Source of the DNA: Octopus sinensis
Lineage: Eukaryota
Length of the DNA stretch: 64,000 nucleotides
NCBI RefSeq assembly: GCF_006345805.1
Contig: NC_043002.1
Span: 48,360,001 to 48,424,000, forward strand
Reading direction: 5' to 3'
Of the stretch, positions 13,178 through 24,482 are shown in pieces. Within the stretch, counting starts at the first letter, position 1. The number at the start of each line of letters is the position of its first letter. The notes beneath the pieces are model-generated. The model did not search any database and was not told the DNA's origin. It worked only from the letters and a program-made list of their open reading frames with translations. The position numbers and the translations under genes were made by a program.

Positions 13178-13478
13178 ATGCCAGATGGAAGATGGAATAC
13201 ACGAGAATTTATTGTTAATCACAACAATTATTTCGACACATCTAGCATCGATTCATGTGTGGGACACTCAACAACTGGTTCAGGAACATCCGGCGGTGCA
13301 GATTTATCTTGTCGAGTGATAAATAAAATAACTCGACGAGATACATCTGCACCGCCAGATGCCCCTGAACCAGTTCTTGAGTGTTCCACACATGAATCGA
13401 TGCTAGATGTGTCGAAACAATTGTCGTGATTCATAATAAATTCTCGTATATTTCAGCTTCTGTCTTTCATTTGCCATA
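13178..13478. repeat. ~300-bp fold-back (inverted repeat, ~140-bp arms) in a TA/TATG tract
   Basis: 13178-13320 is the reverse complement of 13329-13478 with scattered substitutions. Right arm has GAAACAATTGTC followed by AATAAA. Confidence 0.9.
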
Positions 13479-14020
13479 TATATATGCAGCAGTAGTCGCG
13501 CTAATCAGTAATGAGAAATAGTTGAACTTTAGCTAAGTTCAAATACGTTTATGATCTATTCCAAGTTTTAAAGGCAATTTAATTGTAGTTTACCGTGGAG
13601 GATGATTTTCGCTTATGGTGAGAGGTGTAAAAGCATCCTTATCAGCTTAGTCTCCCCCTATCTCTCTCTCTCTCTCGCTCTCTCTCTCTCTCCCTCTCTC
13701 TCTCCCTCTCTCTCTCCCCCTCTCGAACTCCTAAATGAGTCTTTGGCGGTCTGCAAGCGCAAGTCAGTAACTAGTATTGACTGTTTTATTATAAAGCTAT
13801 GGATTTTTAATCAGTTCAGAGTTATATTTCATCTAAATCTCCTACGAACGAGAAACACGTCTACTAGGTACCCGACTGAGGGTTCTACAGAGTTGATTAG
13901 GGTGAATTTACACGTTTTTACAAGAATTTCCTTTCCACGGTAAACTGCAGTGTAATTTGTATTTAGAAGTTAAAATATGCCAAACAATGGAAATAGCCTA
14001 ATGTCCACACACACACATAG

Positions 14021-14104
<84 letters not shown>

Positions 14105-14165
14105 TATATATATACATATGTATGTATATGTATATACGTAGATACATGTATATATGTACGTGCGT

Positions 14166-14205
<40 letters not shown>

Positions 14206-14636
14206 CAGCAGCAGCAGAGTTTATTATTCATTCAACATCCTTCCTCCATCCCTTTTCCTTTTTGGTTTCCATTGTTGCTATTAATTTCCATAAGGCCACC
14301 AATTTTGTCTACACACAAGTATCACTACTTTTCTTGGATTCTATGATTTTGTTCCTTTAACGGTGCTACTGTATTTTGCCAGAAACACCTACAGAATAAT
14401 GAGTTACACCTATTCAAGTTTACTGGAAATAGTTATATTGTTAGGAATGAAAAGCAACACTGCGTTTTTAAACTTCCAAAATATGTTTGTTGCTTCTTGT
14501 GGGAAGGAATTCTTACGATATAGAATTAAAGCTCTGAAAGTATAACGTCTCAAAAGAGCTTTTCTAAGTTTAATCTACAAATAAATTCAACTTACGATGA
14601 AAGTAAACAAAGTTTGCTTTAGAAGTGTTAAGATGT

Positions 14637-14870
14637 TTTGAAAAATACAGAAATAATTTATTCTCAAACGCATGGCTTTGCTAATACAATAGCATGAACA
14701 AGATAAACTATCCATATATTGCAGAAAAATTCGTTACCAGCTAACCATGGCTGGCTGGTAACGAATTTTTTTGTAATATATGGATAGTTTATATGGATAG
14801 TTTATCCTGTTCATGCTATTATATTAGCATTATCATGCGTTTGAGAATAAATTATTTCTGTATTTTTAAA
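14637..14870. repeat. ~235-bp fold-back (MITE-like)
   Basis: Arms ~14637-14741 and 14754-14870 around a short loop. Right arm carries a duplicated ATATGGATAGTTT. Confidence 0.85.
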
Positions 14871-15129
14871 TCTACAAATGTTTTTGCTTCTAACAAAGAA
14901 AGCTAGCACGATGATGAACCATTTCAAAACTAGTTTATATGATATTTTTGCTTTGATGTAGAAACGTACAAAACCAGGCATAATATTTCCAACAAACCAT
15001 CTCTCATTTTATACAATGTATCAAGTCATACAGTAAATATTTTTGTTAGTGTGAGATTGGAATATGTCACTTAGAACACATATTCTTTATTTCAACCAAT
15101 GGGTTGACGTGAGATAGTTTAACTTTAAA

Positions 15130-15650
15130 AAATATTCTCTGGAAATTTTAAAACAACCCATAAAAGGTGTTGATGGGGTTGAGAAACTTAGAATTATTGT
15201 CTCCTGCGAAAATGTTCAACATTATGGATTTTATACATAACATAAGCGAGTTATGCGATAAGGTAAATCATTTAGCTAAGAATGATTTCTGGGGAAAATA
15301 TACGGCCAGACTATATCCATGCTTTTACGAGTTTTAGCATGCAGAAATTCTACATCAAGTTCAGAAAAACAATATAACATTGATAAATGGTAGATTTTGA
15401 AGAATTTGTGTATGATGTAGCAGAGTTACTAAATTCTCAAAGTTTATTGAGTTTGTCTGATGAGAAGATGAAGATATCTAAACAAGAACAAGTTGAATGG
15501 AAATATGATATAGTGCTCCTCTCATTCTACAAAATTTAACTTCAAGGAAGGTAACCAAAGTGTTGGAGCAAAAGTAGCACAAAAATAACAAGAAGAGTTC
15601 ATTATGAGCTCAGTTGCTATACTGAGATGTACAAAGAGATCAACCAAGTT
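15130..15650 (+). mobile_element. Tigger/pogo transposase C-terminal remnant, heavily decayed
   Basis: Fragments MFNIMDFIHNISELCDKV...FWGK, PDYIHAFTSF, DVAELLNSQ and CYTEMYKE resemble the Tigger C-terminal pattern. Confidence 0.5.
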
Positions 15651-16057
15651 TGGGAAGGATTCTCACTTCACAACCAGGTGGTGATACTGATAATCTAATA
15701 GGTAGGAGACAGTACCATTCTTATTTCCGCTAACTCCTATTGGACCACCTGCCAACACACAGTAGCCAACATCTTATGTAATGAGATCTCAAAGTACTAT
15801 CATACTACAGTATTTATTTTTATTCCCTAATGCACTTTTCTTTTAAGCTTTTTATGTATACATACTCTACAGACTATAACTAAAAATTTAATTGTTTACA
15901 TGTAAGTAGTTGCATTGTTTTGTTTTCCCACCCTCCAGCAATTGCGTTTGAACACTTTGAACATGGTCAAATAAGTTTCATGAGACAATATTTCAAGCTA
16001 TGATAATATTTTCAGGAACTCAATGTTTCCATAACGCTAGATGTTCTCTGTCACACA

Positions 16058-16109
<52 letters not shown>

Positions 16110-16187
16110 CACACATACAGACACGCGCGCGCGCACACCCACACCCACCTACACATACACTCGTGTTCACATATATGTTTGTGTAGC

Positions 16188-16221
<34 letters not shown>

Positions 16222-16238
16222 CACAGATAGATAGATAG

Positions 16239-16407
16239 GTAAATATGTTTCTTTATTAGCCACACAGTGCTGCACACAGATAGAACAAATTACAAGGTAG
16301 AGCTTTTCTTTTGAAGGTATTAAAAAAAAAAAAAAAAAAAAAAGGAAGGGGGAGGTTCGATCAAAAGGGATCGTAAAAGGAGAGAAAGAGGACAAAAATA
16401 AGGGGGG

Positions 16408-16440
<33 letters not shown>

Positions 16441-17045
16441 AGAGGAAAAAAATGATCAATAGGGATCGTTATCACAGAAATGTCAATATGAAGTGTAAAG
16501 GGGAGGACAGGTGAGGTTTACCCGTGGAAAGAAAAGCCTGCGGAAAAGACCACGGTAACCTCGGTCAATGAAGTCACATTTTATATTTCTTTTTTTTTTT
16601 TTTTTTTTTTTTGCAAATAAGCAACTCTCTGTTTTCGATTTTTGGTTCATAGGACTATGCTCAAGGTGGCTTCGTCATTCATACGTGCCATTCTTGCTAC
16701 ATTCACCCATCTTTTTTTAAAACATTCGCTAGACAAAACTTGCCTCTCTACTCTCACTTTCCTTTTCAAGTGGTACTTGAAGAAGTTGATGAGAGATTGA
16801 CCAGAGAGGAAAGTGTTTGTCTCCAATCCTTTCAGACGCGTCCACCAGATACATTCTTTCGCCATAGCCACAAGGATGATGAAAATAGCTCTTCCTTCCC
16901 GTTTGAAGGAAGGAGGCGTGACAATATTGACGATAGACTCAGCTGATAAACCGACTCGTCCCACACGTGACAGCAGTTGTTCGACATAAGCCCACAGGTC
17001 GGAAATTGTTGGACACTGAACGAGTGCGTGCAGAACGGTTTCGTC
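16239..17045 (-). mobile_element. 5'-truncated Tx1/L1-clade LINE inserted in (GATA)n
   Basis: ORF tail 16647-17045 DETVLHALVQCPTISDLW (ETxxH...C zinc-knuckle end). ~400-bp pyrimidine-rich 3'UTR with AATAAA. (GATA)n on both sides (16225-16238 and 17046-17150). Confidence 0.85.
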
Positions 17046-17150
<105 letters not shown>

Positions 17151-17758
17151 TTCGGTGCGGAGGGGCAGATAGCTACTCCGAAATGCATGCATGTATCGAT
17201 CTGAGTAGAGAGCGCCCCAGACTGACTTGATGTGTCTAGAGCAGGAATTTTTCTGTGTGACAAAATGCAGTGAATGGCTTACTTAAAGGTTGGAAAATGT
17301 CTCAAGCATCTTCGGACTAGTAACAAGTTGACATATATTTCTAGCAATGTAGGTTCTTCGGCACCATTAATCACCTGATTAAGCTTTTCCTTTATGGTAT
17401 TACATTGCGCCTAGCTGTTTATATTAATTTTTAATATACGCATTAGCATTTCGCTAAATCAACATAACCTTTTGTGGTAAAGCTATATATACTGCCAAAC
17501 GGAATTATCGAAACCATCGATCTCTTGAGTAGTCACTAATGACAACGCACAGAGAAAAGGCGAGACTAGGCCTAGTCTAGTGATTGTAGAGACGATCAGA
17601 GGACGATTACATCTCGCGTCAGTGTATATATATTGCGCTCTTCAAACAGCATTAAGAGATTTTAACATATCTCTAGCAATGTAGGTGCTTCATCACTCTT
17701 ACTCATACTTAGTGATGATTAAAGCTTTCCTTTATGGTATTAGTTGCGCCTAGCTGTT

Positions 17759-17840
<82 letters not shown>

Positions 17841-18119
17841 CAACAATTGAGGGTAAAATTAATTAATTAATCAATTTCACCAAGTATTCAGTATGCAAAG
17901 GGACCATTTAAGGCGAATTCAAATTATTACATTATATAAAAGGGCTTAGTAAAATAAATTACTTTGCCGCATACTGAACTCATTAGAAATAGCAGCTAAA
18001 AAGCTTTTTTAAAACTATTTCTAATACTTAAAGAAAACCTCTCTCATATAGTGTTTGCTCAATTCAACTCACGCAAATATGGGGGTAGAGACATTAAAAA
18101 ATCAAGTGCAAAGGTTATT

Positions 18120-18171
18120 TGAGAACGTACGTTTCAAGATTAGTCAACACGACATTTCTATCATCAGCTCA
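18120..18171 (-). ncRNA. Minimal type I hammerhead ribozyme
   Basis: Reverse complement of 18304-18355. Confidence 0.7.
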
Positions 18172-18303
18172 GAACTCCCTGGTTTGGATTTGAAAACACT
18201 GAAAGTGGGAGCATACCCTTTCGGCTTCCTCTCGCTTCTGAAGATCTGCTCCCAACTAACAGTGCCAACAAACCCAAAAATGCAAGCGAAGAATTCTGAG
18301 TTC

Positions 18304-18355
18304 TGAGCTGATGATAGAAATGTCGTGTTGACTAATCTTGAAACGTACGTTCTCA
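18304..18355 (+). ncRNA. Minimal type I hammerhead ribozyme
   Basis: tgag-CTGATGA-(weak stem II aga/tct, gtc/gac)-GAAA-CGTACG-TT-ctca. Palindromic stem III, GUU triplet. Confidence 0.72.
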
Positions 18356-18859
18356 AATAACCTTTGCACTTGATTTTTTAATGTCTCTACCCCCATATTT
18401 GCGTGAGTTGAATTGAGCAAACACTATATGAGAGAGGTTTTCTTTAAGTATTAGAAATAGTTTTAAAAAAGTTTTTTAGCTGCTATTTCTAATGAGTTCA
18501 GTATGCGGCAAAGTAATTTATTTTACTAAGCCCTTTTATATAATGTAATAATTTGAATTCGCCTTAAATGGTCCCTTTGCATACTGAATACTTGGTGAAA
18601 TTGATTAATTAATTAATTTTACCCTCAATTGTTGAAATTATAATTCATCTCTCTCTATATAATGCCGCGGACTTTACCGAAAAAAGCATAGTGTTTACTG
18701 ATTTTAACCCACGCTGGTGGAAAGGGGAGAGCAGAAATTCTTCGCTTGCATTTTTGGGTTTGTTGGCACTGTTAGTTGGGAGCAGATCTTCAGAAGCGAG
18801 AGGAAGCCGAAAGGGTATGCTCCCACTTTCAGTGTTTTCAAATCCAAACCAGAGAGTTC

Positions 18860-18911
18860 TGAGCTGATGATAGAAATGTCGTGTTGACTAATCTTGAAAC
18901 GTACGTTCTCA
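18860..18911 (+). ncRNA. Minimal type I hammerhead ribozyme (tandem second copy)
   Basis: Identical to 18304-18355, 556 bp downstream. Confidence 0.72.
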
Positions 18912-19106
18912 AATAACCTTTGCACTTGATTTTTTAATGTCTCTACCCCCATATTTGCGTGAGTTGAATTGAGCAAACACTATATGAGAGAGGTTTTCTT
19001 TAAGTATTAGAAATAGTTTTAAAAAAGTTTTTTAGCTGCTATTTCTAATGAGTTCAGTATGCGGCAAAGTAATTTATTTTACTAAGCCCTTTTATATAAT
19101 ATATAT

Positions 19107-19148
<42 letters not shown>

Positions 19149-19580
19149 AATTAGTAAATAAATGGCACAACTAAGTACCGATATTTACTGGAAATAGCGA
19201 ACGTAAAAATACGACGCTAAAGTGTAGCTTCACCGCGTATGTATTAGTAAAAATGCGTGTGTGCAACAAAATAGAGAAAAAAAACCGTCTTACCTCCAGG
19301 GAGAACATCTGAAAGATGAAACACCCGGAAAATGGATAATATGGTACCTGCAGGTTTCAGGTTTTGCAAGATATGTCTCTCACCCATATTTGCTTTACCT
19401 TCTTATATATACATCTTTACATATACCAAGACGAAACTACGATGTTACCACATAAATACTAACACACTCGATATGCTGGTAATGGCAAATCGAAACTAGT
19501 GGAGTTAATCTTCATTTTGTTGTTCGGTAAGTCTTGTGGTTTAACCACAAGGTCTGTATGTATAAAAGGGTCAATACATG

Positions 19581-19828
19581 TAAACAATTATAAACAAGGG
19601 CAATAGAAAAAAGATTGCTATATCATTATGCTGAGAATAGACTTTAAATCGTCAATCACCACTTTACAATATGACGATTTAAAGTCTATTCTCAGCATAT
19701 TACCATAGAAATCTTTTTCTTTTACCCTTGTTTATAATTGTTTATAATTTTCACCTTTAAAGGTATTTTAATATGCTGGCCACTTTGATGAAATTTTTTG
19801 GGGGAAAAATTTTATCCTATATTAGAAG
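19581..19828 (+). mobile_element. 3' fragment of the 468-bp hammerhead family with a 5' fold-back
   Basis: Inverted arms ~19581-19655 and 19670-19745. 19670-19828 is homologous to the reverse complement of 54423-54585 and ends at the same motif (TTTTATCCTAYATTAG) next to (TA)n. Confidence 0.7.
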
Positions 19829-19873
<45 letters not shown>

Positions 19874-20687
19874 AACTTGTTGCTAGTCCGAGTATGCTTG
19901 AAACATATAAATGTATGCATGTTTGTATGTAGGTATAAGTTAACAGTATGGGCGTATGGGTTGAGACAATGTCCATTGTAGCTTCACCGTACTAATACAT
20001 TCCATGTTAAAATCACGTGATTTTCTTTGCAGAATGAACTGAAGGACAACTCGATTAGTTTTCCTTAGTTATTACTGCCACGTTAAATGTTTACTTCCTT
20101 CGTTTGTTCGTGAGAGATAAAGAGGGAGACCTAGAGAGAGAGACAAAGAAGAGAAAATAAAATATAACAACTGCTATGAGCAACAGGAAATGCATTTTTC
20201 TCATTTGCATCAGTATATTCATTTGCGAACTGTATTAATTAACTAACAACCTATGTATTTGTGGAAATGTAAATATTTTTTTTTAATGGGTACGTGTAAT
20301 TAAGCACACATTTAGCCCCCTACACTTTAGTTAATTAATTTGGTTAACACAGTCTCATATTGTACTAATATGCAAATGAGCAAAAGCAATGCCTGTTGTT
20401 CAAATAGTTGCAAGCTACTCTCTCTCTTTCTCTCCTTCTCTTTCAGCCTCCTCTCCTTTTCCATCTCTCTTTGTGATGAAGTAAATTCACCTGATATGCT
20501 GGTAATGGCAAATCGAAACTAGTGGAGTTAATCTTCATTTTGTTGTTCGGTAAGTCTTGTGGTTTAACCACAAAGTCTGTATGTATAAAAGGGTCAATAC
20601 ATGTTTATTGAATATGATTATATCAATGTATTTAGAAATTATCCACAAGCGCATACATGTACGTGGGTAACTACATATTTACATATG

Positions 20688-20958
20688 AGGGAGCGCAGCC
20701 CATTGGCTAGGGTGTTTCACTCACCATCACGAGATCGTGAGTTCGATTTCCAAACCAAGTGCGTTGTATTCTTGAGCAAACCACTTCATTTCATATTGCT
20801 CGGCGATTACTTCGGCATTTGATGTGTGGCAGTGTTAACCTGTGCAGCTAACGTCAATTTAATTACAAGGAGTGTTCTAATGTGCAATACGAACATTTGA
20901 TCACTATAAACGAATCATCTGTACAGGCTGTCCTGCAAGAAATATTGCAAAACTTCCT
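20688..20958 (+). mobile_element. tRNA-derived SINE (decayed)
   Basis: Head with GAGTTCGATTTCC B-box, followed by TTCTTGAGCAAACCACTT. Confidence 0.6.
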
Positions 20959-21189
20959 TTCTTGGACTCAAGAGAGTACCATAACTATATTTGTATCCAT
21001 ACACACGTACACGAACATACATTTATACGAGCATGCATAAGTACGCGCACACACTTACATATGCGCACACACACACATTTATGCATATATACATATATCT
21101 ATATATCTATCTATCTATATATATATAATATAATATTATATTATATATACACACATATATATATGTGTCTGTGTGTGTATATGAGTAAG

Positions 21190-21425
21190 AAGCTATTTCA
21201 TGTTGCTCCAGTTCACTCAGCTGTAGAAATGAGTTGTGATATCACTGGTGCCAAATTATATCAGCCTTTACCTTTCCCTTGAATAACATCAGTGTCGTGG
21301 AGAGGGAAGGCTGATATGCATATGCGACTGCTGGCTTTCCATTTACAACCTTGCCTTGACTCGTGCTTTGGAGGGTAACTTTCTAGGTACAATCTCATGG
21401 TCATTCATGACCGAAGGGAGTCTTC
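21190..21425 (+). mobile_element. SINE body/tail fragment
   Basis: TTGCTCCAGTTCACTCAGCTGTAGAAATGAGT conserved-SINE-domain-like motif. Confidence 0.5.
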
Positions 21426-22254
21426 GTTTGGTTGGTTCTTAGTATATATATATAAATTCCAACCGTACTCCTTGTTGACTCCAACCTTTTCAATTATGTA
21501 TATACATATATACATGCATTCAGTTGTGCACGTTTAAGAGTATAGTTATGACTGCTTTTGTTATCTCTCTCCCCACCCCACAAACACACGTATATATACA
21601 TATATATATTCACATATTCCTTTCAGTATCTATTACACAACCCACCACCCCAAAATTTAAATGCTATTAATGAACGTCTCAAGCATAATGCTTATTTCAA
21701 GAGAAATATAAAATGCATGGCAAAGAAAATATTCCTATGATGTTTCAGTCATTTATGGAGTTTAATTGGAGCTGGAGCCATTTCTTTTCACATGATTTTG
21801 TTGTTATTCTTGTAGCTGCCAATTCTGCTACTGCTGTGTTTTCAACCCCAGCTCAGCTCTAACAAATTAAAACTACGGTTAAGAATATTCCAGCAAGTAA
21901 AAACGTCATTTCCCCCTCCAGACATTGCATATCTAGGATTATAGGATGCGAGGTTCATTTTTTTAAGACGAGTGGATGTAAATTAATGAAAGCATGTCAG
22001 CTGTTTATATTAGGGCTATCATCAGTGTAAGAGGCTCCCTCACTGGTTCGTTTGAGTTTCTGTTAAAACTTTGTGAGTTAAAATCTTATTTCAGCTCTTA
22101 TAAAATCATGGTCGTATGTTTACATTAGAAATCAGTATTATTATTCATTGTATTTCAAGGTGAGCTCCGGCACCAAGAAGTAATTTCACTGGACACAACA
22201 CACATTTAATCCACTTTGTTGTAGCCATTGCCCTTCATATACAACATTGATATC

Positions 22255-22580
22255 CTTTACTCATTTCTGTCATTTGACTGCAGCCATGCTGGAGTACCGT
22301 CTTGAACGGTTTTAGTCGAACAAATCGACTTCTAGATTTATTTATTATCATTTTTAAAGACTAATACTTATTCTATAGGAACCTTTTCCCGAACTGCTAA
22401 GAAACGGGAACCTAAACAGACAAACATTGGCCGTCAAGTGGTGGAAGGACACACACACACACCACACACACACACACACACAAACACACACATACGAACA
22501 TACACACACACAAGCACATGGTTCCGGACGGAACCCGGAACCGTATGGTAGGGAAGCAAACTTCTTACCGTGCAGCCACA
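22255..22580 (-). mobile_element. SINE family A, internally deleted
   Basis: Tail GTCATTTGACTGCAGCCATGCTGGAG and head GGGAAGCAAACTTCTTACC either side of (CA)n. Confidence 0.7.
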
Positions 22581-24448
22581 TTTAAGAAAAGAATGAAAGT
22601 CACATAATTCCGTAGGTCACTAGCCACATGTGAAATCAAATATTAAAAGATTTCATCGGTGTGTACTGTAGTTACAGAACACGCATTCTACTCGTTTATT
22701 AATGCTTTATCAGATGATAAGGCATTTTGTCAGTGAGTAACATTTATCTGACAAATTGACTTACTACTAAAACACATTTTTTGCTTTTAGCACGCCCTCT
22801 GCCATCTTTTACATTCAGAATGACATATTCCACAGTCGCGTGTTTAATTAATGGTGAGATTAGCGTTAATGTTTCCTAGTCGATGTTTCTTTTTGTCAAT
22901 GAACGGTTATTAACGTCTTAGGTAAATTCTCAGTCCTAAAACAATGAATATTTCATTTTTTCCATTCTATAGTTAATCTTTCTAATGGATGCAGTAACAG
23001 TGATAGCTTGATTGAATCAATGAATTTCATTACAACGCATTAATTATTCAAATATTTAACATTAACACACTTTCATAACATTTCAACATAAGTTAGACGC
23101 CCTTCGTGTCTCGTTCAATTGCCAGGCATACGTGACAGGCAATTAAACTGTATAATAATCTGAGCGACACAGATAACAAAATGGCCATCCTTAGAGATAT
23201 TCTACTTCAATCAAATTACATTGACATATCAGGCCACAACGTCACCCCATTATCATCAGCTAGCGTGTTTTTTTGTTCTTATTTTTTACAACCTTCATTG
23301 ATGGTACTGCTCCAGTATGACCACTGTCCACTGTTTGAAACTAGCTAAAAGAATAAATAAAATGAAATAGTGCATACACACACCTAATATTTAAAGTAGT
23401 TCAACAAGAAAATGCAATAATGGTCTTTAGTGGTTTATTTAAATTCAAAGTTTTAAAATTTCTCACTCAAAATACATTCCGACATCTTTCTCGATATTTC
23501 AATGTAATTTTCTTTTTTTCTTTCCATTAATTAGTTTTTGTTTCATTTGTAGCATATTTATTATATGAGCAGAATATAACGAGCTGTTGCCATTTGATGC
23601 ACATACAAAATTCACAATAAACAAAATAGGTTGTTTTTTTTTTAATCTCAAGATTGCGCCCTTTGTTTTTGTCTAGGAAATTCTGATTTCTGTCTTTTTA
23701 CAAAAACATGAATTCGTGAATAATAATGTAATCGAACACTATGATTTTGTGAAGTGCAATAAGTCAATAAATGATTCATACAATTTCGAGGTATCAGATA
23801 CCCAGAAACAACGGTTCAATTGAAGTAGCACTTTCGTTGTGGAACCAGATTATAAATGGAATGCAAATATTTCTACAAAGCTTATTCGAGGCATTGTCCA
23901 CATCACCAGTGCCTCTTCAGAATCTGCTTGAAGCTTCAAATCAATTTGAGTTCAAGTTATCCTGTAAATTCAACAAGAATTGCAATTTTAACTTCTATTG
24001 GAACAACAACGACCTCAGAAAATATTTTTGAATTCCTGTATTTTATTAAGATTATTCCAGATGATGATGGATGGGTACCGAAGTCTGTTTGTAAATTTTA
24101 GATCAAATATCAAAGTTATGAATATATTGTTCCCGGTACTTCTTCCTCATTCATAATCATTACGAGCAGAAGAAATTTACAAGAAACAATACATTCCTGA
24201 CAAGCTTTTTGGTAGCATGTCTCTGACAAGCTGTATATTGTATTTAGCTTGTATTTCTTTAGCAGTATACTGCATCAATATGCTTTCTTTTATAGAAACT
24301 CTTGATGTCAATATTTTAGATACCTCCACTTCATCGAGTGCAATGAATCTGAGAACTTTCTTTTAGATTGCATTTATTGTTGATAGTAATTAAAATGGCC
24401 ATCCAGGACAGCCAGACAGACACTGACACATACACACACACATACACA

Positions 24449-24482
<34 letters not shown>

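Larger units (their letters stand above)
17838..19098. mobile_element. PLE pseudo-LTR / retrozyme-like fold-back array, 556-bp unit, in (TA)n
   Basis: Antisense arm 17838-18297; sense arm 18298-19098 (~1.4 units, CTGATGA at 18308 and 18864). Copies nearly identical; (TA)n on both flanks. Confidence 0.85.

Noticed and set aside
23676-24101. Possible host exon(s) or ORFs 23771..24031 and 23856..24101
   Set aside because: Stops in all frames across the segment, no recognisable domain and no consistent exon chain.
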